In this document: piece by piece, positions 1 to 10,056 of the stretch | Position numbering within the stretch: position 1 is the stretch's first letter | How the letters are laid out: the number at the start of each line of letters is the position of its first letter | From: a virus | DNA length: 64,000 nt | Direction: 5' to 3' (one strand) | IMG/VR virus record: IMGVR_UViG_3300042891_001180 | Made by a program: the position numbers and the translations under genes | Notes under the pieces: generated by a model | What the model was told of the DNA's origin: nothing | The model's input: only the letters and a program-made list of their open reading frames with translations | The model's database searches: none

Positions 1-495
1 TGCCCCTAAGCACTTACCAGTTGAAGAAACGGTTGCGCTGTAGGTAGTACCAGTATCATTAGTAACAATGTTTTCAGCTGCACTGAATGCACCTGCAGTT
101 CTACTGGTACCTGAGTCTAGATATTTTACAAAAATTGTTGGTGGGTCTGTAGCAGTACCTTCTTCAACATTTATTACCTGTGCTCTTACCCCGGATGTCT
201 GTCCAATCATCTCTCTGTTAAGATAATTAGCAACCTCAATATCTTCTGAATTAAAGGTAGTAAGTAGTTTTACAAAGTTTACATTCTTATCAAATTTAAT
301 GTTACCAGGTATAACTAATGAACCGGGCTTAAATACATGATTACCAAATCTTGATACTTGATTTTGTAGTATTGTTTGAAGTTGATTTAATTCTCTTGAT
401 TGAACAGCCACCCCTGGTTTAAAGAGAATGCGGTGAAAGCCATCTGCTTCACTGTAATCATCAAAGTACGGGTCGGTGTTAAAATTAATCGCCAT
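1..495 (-). CDS. DUF4815/VrlC-like large virion structural protein, N-terminal part (runs off the window)
   Basis: Manual translation from ATG at 495: MAINFNTDPYFDDYSEADGFHRILFKPGVAVQSRELNQLQTILQNQVSRFGNHVFKPGS. This is the typical N-terminus of the family, and it lies downstream of gp8. Confidence 0.85.
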   Translation of the reverse strand, partial: MAINFNTDPYFDDYSEADGFHRILFKPGVAVQSRELNQLQTILQNQVSRFGNHVFKPGSLVIPGNIKFDKNVNFVKLLTTFNSEDIEVANYLNREMIGQTSGVRAQVINVEEGTATDPPTIFVKYLDSGTSRTAGAFSAAENIVTNDTGTTYSATVSSTGKCLGA

Positions 496-507
496 CTCTT
501 ACCTATG

Positions 508-2646
508 TTATAATTTGAGTACTGTTCTAAGAGTAACTAATTGTTGTTCGCTGTAACTTACCGCTGTTCTATTATCTATAAACAACAAGTCACCGCTAAA
601 TTTATTTATATCGGGAGTTCTATCAATTACGGTCACTACATAATTAAGATTAGAAGTTTCATCAGTTAAAACATTACCTACTACTAATGCGTAATTATTT
701 TTGTCTTGAAGTAGTAATTGATTAGAAGAACTTGTAATCTCTACGACTTCATAGTTACGCTTAGCTCCATGTATTGTAATAGTTAAAATATCGTCGCGAG
801 CAAGCCCAGAAACAGTATCGGTAGTTACCAAATAGCATGCGCTCCCGGTAACGTTAGCATATGCTTGATCGTTTGTAAACTTATCTATATCTCTTATGAT
901 ACCAAACTGTCTGTAATCATTCTGTACCAAGACACCATGATTCTTTTCATTATTTATAGTAGATGTAAACATCAAAGTATCTGCAAATAATTCTTTAACT
1001 GGATCACTTCCATGGCCTCCAGTAGGAGAAATAATAGCTGATACATTAGCGTTTGCACCATTACCAGTTATGGTTACATTAGCAAACGTATACCCTACCC
1101 CTGGTGCTTGCACGGTAATATAACTGATGGTGTTATTTGCAAGCACTACGTTACCTGCAAATCCTACCCCGTCTCCTGCAACTACTACATTGGCATAAGA
1201 ATAACCACTACCTACATTGGCAATTCTAAAAGCATGAATACCTCCATCAATAGCTGATAATTCAACCACCGTCTGTAAAGTATCTAGATCATCTACTGAA
1301 AGATTAGGAAAGGCATTAGCACCACTTCCTGTAGCGCTTGCAAAAGTTATTTCTAAATGAGTATAACCATTACCGCGTTCTTCAATTATAACATCTTCAA
1401 CTTGTCCAGCGGCATTAACAAACGGAGTTAAAACTGCACCAGTACCATCACCTATTAAAGAAATGGTAGTATTTAAATTTGAGGAATAATTAATGCCACC
1501 ATCTTCAATTAGCACTCTTTCCAATTGCCCATTAACCAATACAGGGGTAAGAACTGCGCTGGTAGAGAAGTTTAAATTAGCAGTAGCATTTGAAGTTGGT
1601 TGACTGCTACCGGTCGTTGCTATACTGATGGTGGTATTTGATCTTGCATCAGGCGAATAACCATAGCCTTTATTAGTTAAAGTAACCCCTACTATTGAAT
1701 TACTGGTACTACCATAAACAAGACTTGCAAATGCATTAGCCGTTGGCTGAAAGGCACCAGTAGTTGCTATAGTTACAGTAGTATTATTTCTTACATTTGT
1801 AAAGTATCCAGCTCCTGTGCTGTAAATACTGACATTACTGATATTATTAAATTCACTATGCCCAGAATAACCAGAATTGTTTATTCTTATATTTGCAGAT
1901 TTATATTTTGCGCCAGCATTATCTATCAATACCTTAATAAATTCACCAGATGTATTAAATACTGGTCTAATATTAGCAATTGAATTACCTGAGCCTCCAG
2001 TAAATTCACCAAGAACCGAAAGTGAAACCAATGCGTTACCGGTGTAGCCTGAACCGTTACTATCTATAGTTATACTACTTACTTCACCTCTAGAATAAAA
2101 AGCATTAGTTACCGCTCTCTGCACCGGCATAAATGAAGCTGTAAGAAATCTATTCTGAGCCGATAGGGGGATAGTATACATATACTTCCAAACATATCCA
2201 TCGGCTGTAGTAAGAGTGGTAACGTCTTGCCCGGAGGGTTCAACGGTTGAAGCTGCTCCATTATTATTAAAAATACACTTATATACTGCAAAGGTACTGG
2301 TCAGTACATAAAATTGAGATGCCTTTAAACTAGTTGCACCAGATTCGGAAGTAAAAGTTGAACTGTAATTACCATCGTATTGATCATATACGGTACCTGT
2401 TTCCCAATCATATCTAGGTACTACAAAAGATACGTCTCTTAAGTTTATTCTTTTAATACTTAAAATACCATTTCGCGTATAATGTTCGTAGTCCTGGGTT
2501 ACCTCAGGTGTCTGGGGGGTAGCAGGTACAGCCCATTCTAAAATATTACCAATAAAATAGTAATAGTTAGCTCTACGAGACAAAAACTCATTATAAACCG
2601 ATTCCACCAATGAGCGGTGAATGGTATCCTTTAAAAGAAAAGACAT
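508..2646 (-). CDS. gp8: Baseplate wedge subunit, gp8-like, with inserted beta-rich repeats
   Basis: Motifs VVPRYDWETGTVYDQY, VYKCIFNN, DGYVWKYMYTI, GGHGSDPVKEL, NDYRQFGII and a C-terminal SGDLLFIDNR. Confidence 0.85.
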   Translation of the reverse strand: MSFLLKDTIHRSLVESVYNEFLSRRANYYYFIGNILEWAVPATPQTPEVTQDYEHYTRNGILSIKRINLRDVSFVVPRYDWETGTVYDQYDGNYSSTFTSESGATSLKASQFYVLTSTFAVYKCIFNNNGAASTVEPSGQDVTTLTTADGYVWKYMYTIPLSAQNRFLTASFMPVQRAVTNAFYSRGEVSSITIDSNGSGYTGNALVSLSVLGEFTGGSGNSIANIRPVFNTSGEFIKVLIDNAGAKYKSANIRINNSGYSGHSEFNNISNVSIYSTGAGYFTNVRNNTTVTIATTGAFQPTANAFASLVYGSTSNSIVGVTLTNKGYGYSPDARSNTTISIATTGSSQPTSNATANLNFSTSAVLTPVLVNGQLERVLIEDGGINYSSNLNTTISLIGDGTGAVLTPFVNAAGQVEDVIIEERGNGYTHLEITFASATGSGANAFPNLSVDDLDTLQTVVELSAIDGGIHAFRIANVGSGYSYANVVVAGDGVGFAGNVVLANNTISYITVQAPGVGYTFANVTITGNGANANVSAIISPTGGHGSDPVKELFADTLMFTSTINNEKNHGVLVQNDYRQFGIIRDIDKFTNDQAYANVTGSACYLVTTDTVSGLARDDILTITIHGAKRNYEVVEITSSSNQLLLQDKNNYALVVGNVLTDETSNLNYVVTVIDRTPDINKFSGDLLFIDNRTAVSYSEQQLVTLRTVLKL

Positions 2647-2647
2647 G

Positions 2648-3088
2648 TTATGCTACAGTAACGTTCCAGGTAATAACAATAGTATCCCCAGCTGCCTTAT
2701 TAACCGTACTAAAGGTTGTACGGCATAGCATATTACCTGTAGAGGCTGCATTTAAAATAGCTGCCTCAGTCAAAGCACCTGTACCGGTACCTGCAGGAAA
2801 TGTAGCAATATATGTAAGAACGTTAGATACACGGGTTGTTGAATCTAATACTACTCGACCTAATTCTCCCCCTAATGCAGTTTGACCGGTAGCAGCAGCA
2901 GTAGCATCCGAACCCACTGCCATATGACTAGGAACTGCAATAGTATTACCAACCAGGCGAGCTGCAATAACTTGCTTTCCCACTGCTACTACAAGGTTAT
3001 CAATTCTACGATAATCTTTTTGAATACCTTTTTCATCCAGAAGAATAACTTCCAGATTACCTTTTATACTTACTGATTCTGTAAACAT
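2648..3088 (-). CDS. Virion structural protein (tail-fibre N-terminal-like: HMAVG...TALGGE...LTEAAILNA)
   Basis: 146 aa ORF in the baseplate module with its own TATAAATA promoter. Confidence 0.55.
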   Translation of the reverse strand: MFTESVSIKGNLEVILLDEKGIQKDYRRIDNLVVAVGKQVIAARLVGNTIAVPSHMAVGSDATAAATGQTALGGELGRVVLDSTTRVSNVLTYIATFPAGTGTGALTEAAILNAASTGNMLCRTTFSTVNKAAGDTIVITWNVTVA

Positions 3089-3115
3089 GTTTTTTCCTTA
3101 AAAAGTTCTTTTATA

Positions 3116-3123
3116 TATTTATA
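3116..3123 (-). promoter_or_regulatory. T4-type late promoter TATAAATA
   Basis: Exact consensus upstream of 2648..3088. Confidence 0.7.
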
Positions 3124-3126
3124 TTA

Positions 3127-5265
3127 TTAAAATACAATCACTGATGACCCAGCATAAATTTCATCAAAGTAATCTATCGCATAATCTACAAGTATGCCTG
3201 AGCCAGTATCAGTGATTGAAACATTACTTATATTATTATCAATATTCTTATTAAATACTTGCGAAAGCTCTTCAGATAATGATAAGCTATCATTTACTAA
3301 TGAACTTCCTGATATATCATTTAAAATAGATAGTACATTTACATTATCAGAAAATGCGTCAAGTGTTTGAACTATGTTAATGGATTCAGAAATAGTTACA
3401 GTATCAGATACTGGTTTAAACACATTTAATGATATAAAACTATCAGATATACTTACTACATTTGCAAGTGGTTTTTGCAATTGATATGCTCTACTATCCA
3501 GCGTACTGAATACACTGTTAAGTTGTGTAAATACATTTTTAGCAGAAACCACTTCCACATTGGCACTAACATTCGCAATAGTAGTCAGGGCTCTATTTAC
3601 AAATAAATTAGTACCAGCTTGATGTACCAATTTTTTAACAATATTATAGAAAACACTTATATCAAGCTCAGATTCAACTTGGTATGCAAATGGCTGATAC
3701 AGATTCTTATCTTGTAAACGTACATCAGGTTCGGATAAAAAGCCCTGAGTCGCCATATATTCACCTGGATACTTTGCAATAGCTCCTATATCAAACGTTA
3801 TGATAGCATCAGAGGGGTTAGAAATACCTACAGAGGTTGCTGAAATAATTGCTTGAGAAGTCGTACTTGAAGAAGCTAATAAATTACCAGTATATGCAAA
3901 AGGTGTAACATAATCTGAATCAAAATATCTGGTTGAGTCAGTTGTAGAATGAATTCCTATTAAAGTAAAACTTTCTTGGAATCCTCCTGCAGTAGTAGCA
4001 AAATATTTAGTAGATGTGGCCACTCCCAATGCATTGGATAAGGTAATAGTAAAATTACTACTATAATTATAACCAAAATTAATAAACTTTAAAGTTTGAA
4101 TTGATCCGTTAGATCCAACCTTAGTAATTCTAACTAAAGTATCTTGACCTCCGATGGTAAGATTAAATACTTCTCCTACTCTAAATCCCGTACCCCCGAA
4201 ACTAACTTGGTATGAAGTAGTAGTTGGTTTTACAATACCAGTGAAAATAGTACTAGTTAAGCTTTTTACAAATACATTATCATCTATTTCAAAAGGAACA
4301 TCAACTAAACTCTTATAAAATATTTCATAAAGATTTGTAGCTAGAGTCTTTACTCTGACTATTTCAACAGTATAAGCAATATTATTTTTTACAAGATTTA
4401 AAAACCTATCTTGAAGGTTAGTTACGCTACCAGAGGTTAATAGTACCCGTATAGATGTACGGAAACTCCATTTTCCATCGGATGGTCTTAATACAAAATC
4501 ATAAGGATGACTGGTAGTTGCAACAGTATCATATAAAACTTTAAAAAGTGTTTCTATAGAAAGGGTACTACCCTTGGCCTTATACAACCCTTCTATCTTT
4601 TTAACTAAGAGTGATTTGTTAACTTGTAGACTTATAGGTAGGTCACTTGCATAATTAGTTAAAAAATAATTTACAAAACTAGATGTAGTTTTATCTATAT
4701 CACTGTACTGTCTGGCATTTTGTACTAATTCAAGAGCACCTTGATCTTGCTCTAAAAATTTATAATAATACTCTAAAAACGCCACAAAGGTGGTATAGTC
4801 AGACCTGATAAACTCAGGTAGCTGACTGCTTATTAAATCAGATACTCGGTCTTTTATTCTTTCAGTACTTACGGTATTGGTATTAGGGGTATTATCAATG
4901 TAAAGTATACTCAATGAATCATTTATTATAGAACTATCGGTGAGAGATTGTTCTACTACCGTGCCACTTATACTCAAGACTCCCTGCATGCTGGAATGAA
5001 TTTGACAGATATAGTATAAGGTAGAGGGGGCATCATTTGGAACTGTGAAGGATATTGTTCCAACAGCAACCCCATTATTAGTAACTCCATCATTATAAGC
5101 ACTACCTGTACCAGTTACTGCAGCTGTCTTTATCCAAAAAGGATGACCAGTTGCATTAACGTTAAAGGTATAGGTATTTCCTCTGACTAAATTAAGAGTT
5201 GGATTACTATTACCATCAATGCTATAGGCTCCTGCGCCTACATTAGTTACTGCAAATGTGGTCAT
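3127..5265 (-). CDS. gp7: Baseplate wedge initiator, gp7-like, with N-terminal cupredoxin-like domain
   Basis: SSQLPEFIRSDY, YKAKGS...LFKVLY, LRPSDGKW, LQDKNLYQPFAY, KKLVHQAG; lies between gp6 and gp8. N-terminus has GHPFWI...YYICQIHSSMQG. Confidence 0.75.
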   Translation of the reverse strand: MTTFAVTNVGAGAYSIDGNSNPTLNLVRGNTYTFNVNATGHPFWIKTAAVTGTGSAYNDGVTNNGVAVGTISFTVPNDAPSTLYYICQIHSSMQGVLSISGTVVEQSLTDSSIINDSLSILYIDNTPNTNTVSTERIKDRVSDLISSQLPEFIRSDYTTFVAFLEYYYKFLEQDQGALELVQNARQYSDIDKTTSSFVNYFLTNYASDLPISLQVNKSLLVKKIEGLYKAKGSTLSIETLFKVLYDTVATTSHPYDFVLRPSDGKWSFRTSIRVLLTSGSVTNLQDRFLNLVKNNIAYTVEIVRVKTLATNLYEIFYKSLVDVPFEIDDNVFVKSLTSTIFTGIVKPTTTSYQVSFGGTGFRVGEVFNLTIGGQDTLVRITKVGSNGSIQTLKFINFGYNYSSNFTITLSNALGVATSTKYFATTAGGFQESFTLIGIHSTTDSTRYFDSDYVTPFAYTGNLLASSSTTSQAIISATSVGISNPSDAIITFDIGAIAKYPGEYMATQGFLSEPDVRLQDKNLYQPFAYQVESELDISVFYNIVKKLVHQAGTNLFVNRALTTIANVSANVEVVSAKNVFTQLNSVFSTLDSRAYQLQKPLANVVSISDSFISLNVFKPVSDTVTISESINIVQTLDAFSDNVNVLSILNDISGSSLVNDSLSLSEELSQVFNKNIDNNISNVSITDTGSGILVDYAIDYFDEIYAGSSVIVF

Positions 5266-5266
5266 A

Positions 5267-7114
5267 TTATACTGAAGAGGTTACAGTAATAGTTGTACCG
5301 GCAACCAAGCCCCCGGCCTTATTAGTTGTAGTATCATCTAGTAGTAAAATTTCATTTCTTGAAACAGTCAAATTATAATTAGCTTCCTGTATAGTTCCTG
5401 TAATCCGGATATCCGTTACTCCGGCTGGAATACCCGATGGAGTAATACCAGTTAAAGAGATAATTCCTGTTCCATAATCTACTGTACCGACATTTGAAGA
5501 TACAATAGCATTATTAACGATATTAACAAGCCTTAGTACACCAGAGCCGTTATCGTTTGGAGGGGTATCATTTGGAAGATCTGTAATTTTTACCAGCGTC
5601 GAAACTCCACTAACAGAGATAAAAAAGAAGCTAGAAAGTATAGACCCAGGCTTTAATGGATTTCTAAATTTTACAGCGGTATCCCCGGTAAATAAATTAG
5701 TAGTATTTAAAACAGGTATAATTCTACGTTGTAACTTAAGAGTAAGCAAGGCGCTGGTAATAGAGTTATTAGTACTGAGAATATCTTTTATCAAAGCTGA
5801 ATGAATATAATTCTTATTAAACTTTTGTACGTTATTAGTAAAGAAGTTAGTTATGGTAGTATTAACCTGGGCTCTTATTTGTTCAGAAGATAAGGTAGTA
5901 ATAGAAGAATTAAACTTTATATCAGCAGTAAGATTTACAAAGAATAATGAAGGATCAACAAAGACTGGGGTAACAGTAATACCTTGTTTAGACTTTAGAA
6001 TATTATTTTTGATTGATTCTTTAGTAGCATCAGAAATAGTAAAAGAGGAAAATGGTTTTAAGGATATAATTACTCTACCATAATAGGGAGGATCATTATC
6101 CTCACCACCCCATACCGAAACAGATTCTGCTCCTGCATAATTAGCTAAGATCAACGCCTCATAATCGGTAGCAGTAACTGCTCTGTTCTTTGCTGCATTA
6201 ACCCTGGGAGCATTAAACTTAATTGAGGTAATGCTTTCAGCATCCGCGCCACCTGTTGAATTACTGTTAACGGTAATTGCAATACTACTTGATCCCCCTA
6301 TTGTGGTTCCGGCGGTAAAGGATTGAGTTATCGTACTTGATACGTTAACTACAGAACCTGTAGCAACCATGTATTGTATAGTAACGATATTACCAAACGT
6401 TAAACTCTTACCTAATACTCCGTCACCGAAAAATATTTGATACTTACCCTGGGGATTCTGTTCAAGAAAATAGATTTCTGATGTATCACTTATCCCGGTA
6501 ATATCGGTAGATAGGGAATAGGTGGTAGTTGTGGTATCAGAAGATGAGGTCTGTACGCTGACTTTAATAGTAGTTGTATCTACCGATTCACTGGGTATCT
6601 CGTATTTTGCATTAGGTGTGATATCGGTAACAACATAACTAAAAGACAGCAAAGTACCTTCCGTAACATCGGTATCAGCAAAAGTGTAGGTTGTACCTAC
6701 CCTGGAAGCAGTCTTAGCCTCGGTGGTAAGGAAAGTATATGATATCCCATCTACTGTAGATGTAAAGGGAGTATATCGATCCATTGTCAAGGATGCAGGC
6801 AAGTTAGATGGATTGGTAACTACTATGTCTAAGTTTGCTACTGCCCCCCTTGCCGATACCGGTGTATAACCTAAATGCTTGGCAATAGAAACTGCAGAAG
6901 ATCTCTTAACTGCAGAATCTAAGAACATCTCATTTACCACCATATTAGCCAGATAAGCGTTGTAATGGGTATTATAGGCTAAGATATCCAATAGAGTAGA
7001 TAATCCTGATCCTTCAAAATCATAATCGGTAAATTCGGTTTGAGCGTTTAAAAACGTTTTTAAGTTTGACTTAATTTGATCAAAATCAAGTTCGGCTATT
7101 CTTAGATTAGACAT
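5267..7114 (-). CDS. gp6: Baseplate wedge subunit gp6
   Basis: LDFDQIKSNLK...FTDYDFEGSGLSTLLDILAYNTHYNA, RAVTATDY, VWGGED. Confidence 0.95.
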   Translation of the reverse strand: MSNLRIAELDFDQIKSNLKTFLNAQTEFTDYDFEGSGLSTLLDILAYNTHYNAYLANMVVNEMFLDSAVKRSSAVSIAKHLGYTPVSARGAVANLDIVVTNPSNLPASLTMDRYTPFTSTVDGISYTFLTTEAKTASRVGTTYTFADTDVTEGTLLSFSYVVTDITPNAKYEIPSESVDTTTIKVSVQTSSSDTTTTTYSLSTDITGISDTSEIYFLEQNPQGKYQIFFGDGVLGKSLTFGNIVTIQYMVATGSVVNVSSTITQSFTAGTTIGGSSSIAITVNSNSTGGADAESITSIKFNAPRVNAAKNRAVTATDYEALILANYAGAESVSVWGGEDNDPPYYGRVIISLKPFSSFTISDATKESIKNNILKSKQGITVTPVFVDPSLFFVNLTADIKFNSSITTLSSEQIRAQVNTTITNFFTNNVQKFNKNYIHSALIKDILSTNNSITSALLTLKLQRRIIPVLNTTNLFTGDTAVKFRNPLKPGSILSSFFFISVSGVSTLVKITDLPNDTPPNDNGSGVLRLVNIVNNAIVSSNVGTVDYGTGIISLTGITPSGIPAGVTDIRITGTIQEANYNLTVSRNEILLLDDTTTNKAGGLVAGTTITVTSSV

Positions 7115-7509
7115 TATCTTATTCTTGTTATTAATGTGGTTAAAGTAATGGGTCTATCGGAGTTATTTAATCTAAAAATTATATCGCAAATAATATCATT
7201 TTCATCGACTTTTTCTCGCAAACTTATTTCTAATACCGTTACTCTAGGCTCGAACTTAGAAATTGTATCTATAATAGTCTTTTTCATGACCTGTACTGTT
7301 ACAGGGTTAAAGTTCTCAAATAAAAGACCATGTATTTGACAACCAATCTCTGGATGAAAGGGACGCTCGTAATGTCTCGTAGACACTAAATTTCTAAGAG
7401 ATTGCTTGACTGCTTCTTCATCGTTCTTTTTTAATACGTCGCCGGTGACCGGATGAATAGAAAAAAGAAGATTTAAGTCTGAATATTGTCTGGTATTTCT
7501 GGTAGCCAT
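7114..7509 (-). CDS. gp25: Baseplate wedge subunit gp25
   Basis: YSDLNLLF..HPVTGD, AVKQSLRNLV, ERPFHPEIG, FEPRV. Start moved to ATG 7509, just downstream of a late promoter. Confidence 0.92.
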   Translation of the reverse strand: MATRNTRQYSDLNLLFSIHPVTGDVLKKNDEEAVKQSLRNLVSTRHYERPFHPEIGCQIHGLLFENFNPVTVQVMKKTIIDTISKFEPRVTVLEISLREKVDENDIICDIIFRLNNSDRPITLTTLITRIR

Positions 7510-7514
7510 GTTTA

Positions 7515-7522
7515 TATTTATA
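7515..7522 (-). promoter_or_regulatory. T4-type late promoter TATAAATA, 5 nt before the gp25 ATG
   Basis: Exact consensus. Confidence 0.7.
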
Positions 7523-7768
7523 TCAGTTTGCGAAGGTATTCGAGCTTCCTTCACGGATACTATCGTTTCTTGTGTCTCTATCTCCTATTCTACAAATCCC
7601 TCTTCCGTTTGCAAAAACTTTAGAGCTTCCCCCTACCATTGTATCCAGGCGTGTATCCCTATCACCGATTCTAACAACACCAAACCCGTTTACAAAAACG
7701 GTAGAGCTTCCATTATTCTTAGTATCGTTTCTGGTGTCTTTATCACCAATTCTTGCAATCCCAGCCAT
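7523..7768 (-). CDS. PAAR-like spike tip protein (gp5.4 analogue)
   Basis: Three RIGD...GSSxxFxN repeats, directly downstream of the gp5 C-terminal gene. Confidence 0.8.
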   Translation of the reverse strand: MAGIARIGDKDTRNDTKNNGSSTVFVNGFGVVRIGDRDTRLDTMVGGSSKVFANGRGICRIGDRDTRNDSIREGSSNTFAN

Positions 7769-10056
7769 TATGCTAATTGTGTTAGACCCTGGGAGTGGGT
7801 CTTATGGTTATAGAAAGTTAATACCTGACTTCTATTCTTAACAGAATAGGAAATATGAATCCAAGGATTTTTTGCATAGCTGCAATACTCTAATATCATT
7901 TGATCGTATTTAAGAACTTTTGCAAGTTTAGTAGCTATTTCAAAATATTCTTTCTTTGTAATGCCTTTAAATTGTATATCTACGCCTTGACCGAGAGGGT
8001 GCTGGGAGGTCTTAGCATTAGATGCATTCCCTGGATCCCTGAAGGCTGATGTAACAAACATATTAGGGTATATCTTCTTTACTGGTTCAAGCACATTAAG
8101 CGCTATAGCCTGTAGATTAAAAATGATTTCCCCGTAAGTAGCTTTTTCATGACCCCGGATAAGGTCCCGGGTAACTGCTGCTTTACTTGATAACATCTCA
8201 ACTGTAAAGTTTGGCGATAGATTATAATTACCTGGCAATTGCGTTACAGTTTTTAACTTAACATCTGGTTCAACAAAGTTCTGCTGCTCAGATTCCACTG
8301 TTGCATTATCTACTGCAGTCGGTGGTTCTGATAAATCAGCTGCATTAGCAAATCCTTCACTTATAATTAAATTCTTTTGACTATTAAAGTCTTCTAGAGA
8401 TTGAGTTTCTTCTTCTAATGCAATCGACCGACTATCGGCTAAAGAAAGAACCAAAGGATCATTTTTATCGTTATCGGTTATATCTTTGCGGCCTGCAATC
8501 ACCCCAATCTTAGAAGATCCTGCAATAATGCTTTCTTGAGATTCAGAAGCAGCACCGGCATTACCTGATTGTAGGTGTGTTTCACTGCCATCGAGATTAA
8601 CGCTATTACTAGCTAGTAAATTAATTGCTGCACCAGAATCAATATTAGTATTATCTCCAGCTTTAATATTGATAGCTCCGGCTGCTTGAGTGTAAACAGT
8701 ATCGGAAACAAAGTCATAGAGATTTGTTGCTTGCACTTTAATATCAGCATTACTACGCATATGCATATTTTCCTTTGAATGCATATTTAATGTAGTAGCT
8801 TTTTGATTCATGGTATAGTATGCTTCAATATTTACATTACCACTCGCTATATTAAACTCTTCTACAGCTGAAAGATTAAACGTGCCTCCTGCCTGGGCGG
8901 TAATATCGTTATGACAGGTTAAGTTAACGTCACCCTCTACCTCAATATTAGCATCATTACCAACAAAAATATTACACGCACCATTAATTGAAATATCTGC
9001 TTTACCAGCTATTGATATTTTTCCATTACGATCAATAATTTCATATGAAGATCCTTTTGTTCTTTTAACCATCGAGCCATTAGCATCTATTTCAATATAG
9101 GTACCAGACTTATGATAAATGTGAAGACGTTCTGAACCTGGGGTATCATCAATTTCAATAATATGACCAGATTCAGTTTGAGTTACTTTATTATACGGAT
9201 ATGCACCACGGTAAGCTGACTCGGGTTCATCCCATGCCTCACCTCCAGGGAGTTTGGCACCCTTCATCCTATTATTATTTTTTTCTTGAACTATTGTACC
9301 CCGGGCATCACCCTGGGCAAGTTTATTAGTCTCTGAAATACCCGCATACTCTTTAGTAGGGTAATTAGCATTAGGGTCGGTAAACCCTCTTTCTAATACT
9401 TCTAATTTTTCTCTATTTTCAGTAGAGTTAATATCAAACTGTTTAGCCTCTTGTAGAGCAGAATTAGCACCACTTGATACAAATATTTCATCTGCTTTAT
9501 TTAATGCTTCTTCAGGAGGAAAGTTACCAAATAAAGTTTCAATATTATTAGTTGTTACTTTAGGTTTCTGACCTCTACCAAATATAGCATCTGCAAAGCC
9601 CCCGACTGCAGTAGTAAGAGTCTTTCCAACAGTTGGTGTAATGCCCTGGATTAAGCTTGCTGATAATGCATCAAAATTTATAATACCTAATTTATCAGTA
9701 GGTAGAGATAGTCTTAATTGAGATTGTAATTTACTAACTATCTTATCGGTAGTTTGTAAAAGTAATTGCTGTTGAATAATACCATCAATGTTATTGCTGA
9801 TGGTAGTAGGGCTATTATTATTATTAGTAATATTTACCGGATTTATAGATCCAATAATATTTTTAGGTATATCGGTAAGTTGTTGATTCGAGGCTTGACT
9901 TACCTGCCTTACAATATCAACTGCCCCTACCTCAGCCACCCTCGATATTACCGCCCTTAGTATAGGGTTAGGTATATTTAAGTTGAGAGCAATAATCTTG
10001 TTAAAGATACTGTTCTCAAGTACACCTTGTATTTGTTTAGTTATTAAGGGATCCAT
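7768..10056 (-). CDS. gp5 C-terminal half: beta-helix spike plus C-terminal M15-type peptidase
   Basis: YPYNKVTQTESGHIIEIDDTPGSERLHIYHKSGTY is the gp5 beta-helix entry. The C-terminal SPNFT...VTSAFR...SQHPLGQGVDI...WIHIS matches peptidase M15. Confidence 0.85.
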   Translation of the reverse strand: MDPLITKQIQGVLENSIFNKIIALNLNIPNPILRAVISRVAEVGAVDIVRQVSQASNQQLTDIPKNIIGSINPVNITNNNNSPTTISNNIDGIIQQQLLLQTTDKIVSKLQSQLRLSLPTDKLGIINFDALSASLIQGITPTVGKTLTTAVGGFADAIFGRGQKPKVTTNNIETLFGNFPPEEALNKADEIFVSSGANSALQEAKQFDINSTENREKLEVLERGFTDPNANYPTKEYAGISETNKLAQGDARGTIVQEKNNNRMKGAKLPGGEAWDEPESAYRGAYPYNKVTQTESGHIIEIDDTPGSERLHIYHKSGTYIEIDANGSMVKRTKGSSYEIIDRNGKISIAGKADISINGACNIFVGNDANIEVEGDVNLTCHNDITAQAGGTFNLSAVEEFNIASGNVNIEAYYTMNQKATTLNMHSKENMHMRSNADIKVQATNLYDFVSDTVYTQAAGAINIKAGDNTNIDSGAAINLLASNSVNLDGSETHLQSGNAGAASESQESIIAGSSKIGVIAGRKDITDNDKNDPLVLSLADSRSIALEEETQSLEDFNSQKNLIISEGFANAADLSEPPTAVDNATVESEQQNFVEPDVKLKTVTQLPGNYNLSPNFTVEMLSSKAAVTRDLIRGHEKATYGEIIFNLQAIALNVLEPVKKIYPNMFVTSAFRDPGNASNAKTSQHPLGQGVDIQFKGITKKEYFEIATKLAKVLKYDQMILEYCSYAKNPWIHISYSVKNRSQVLTFYNHKTHSQGLTQLA

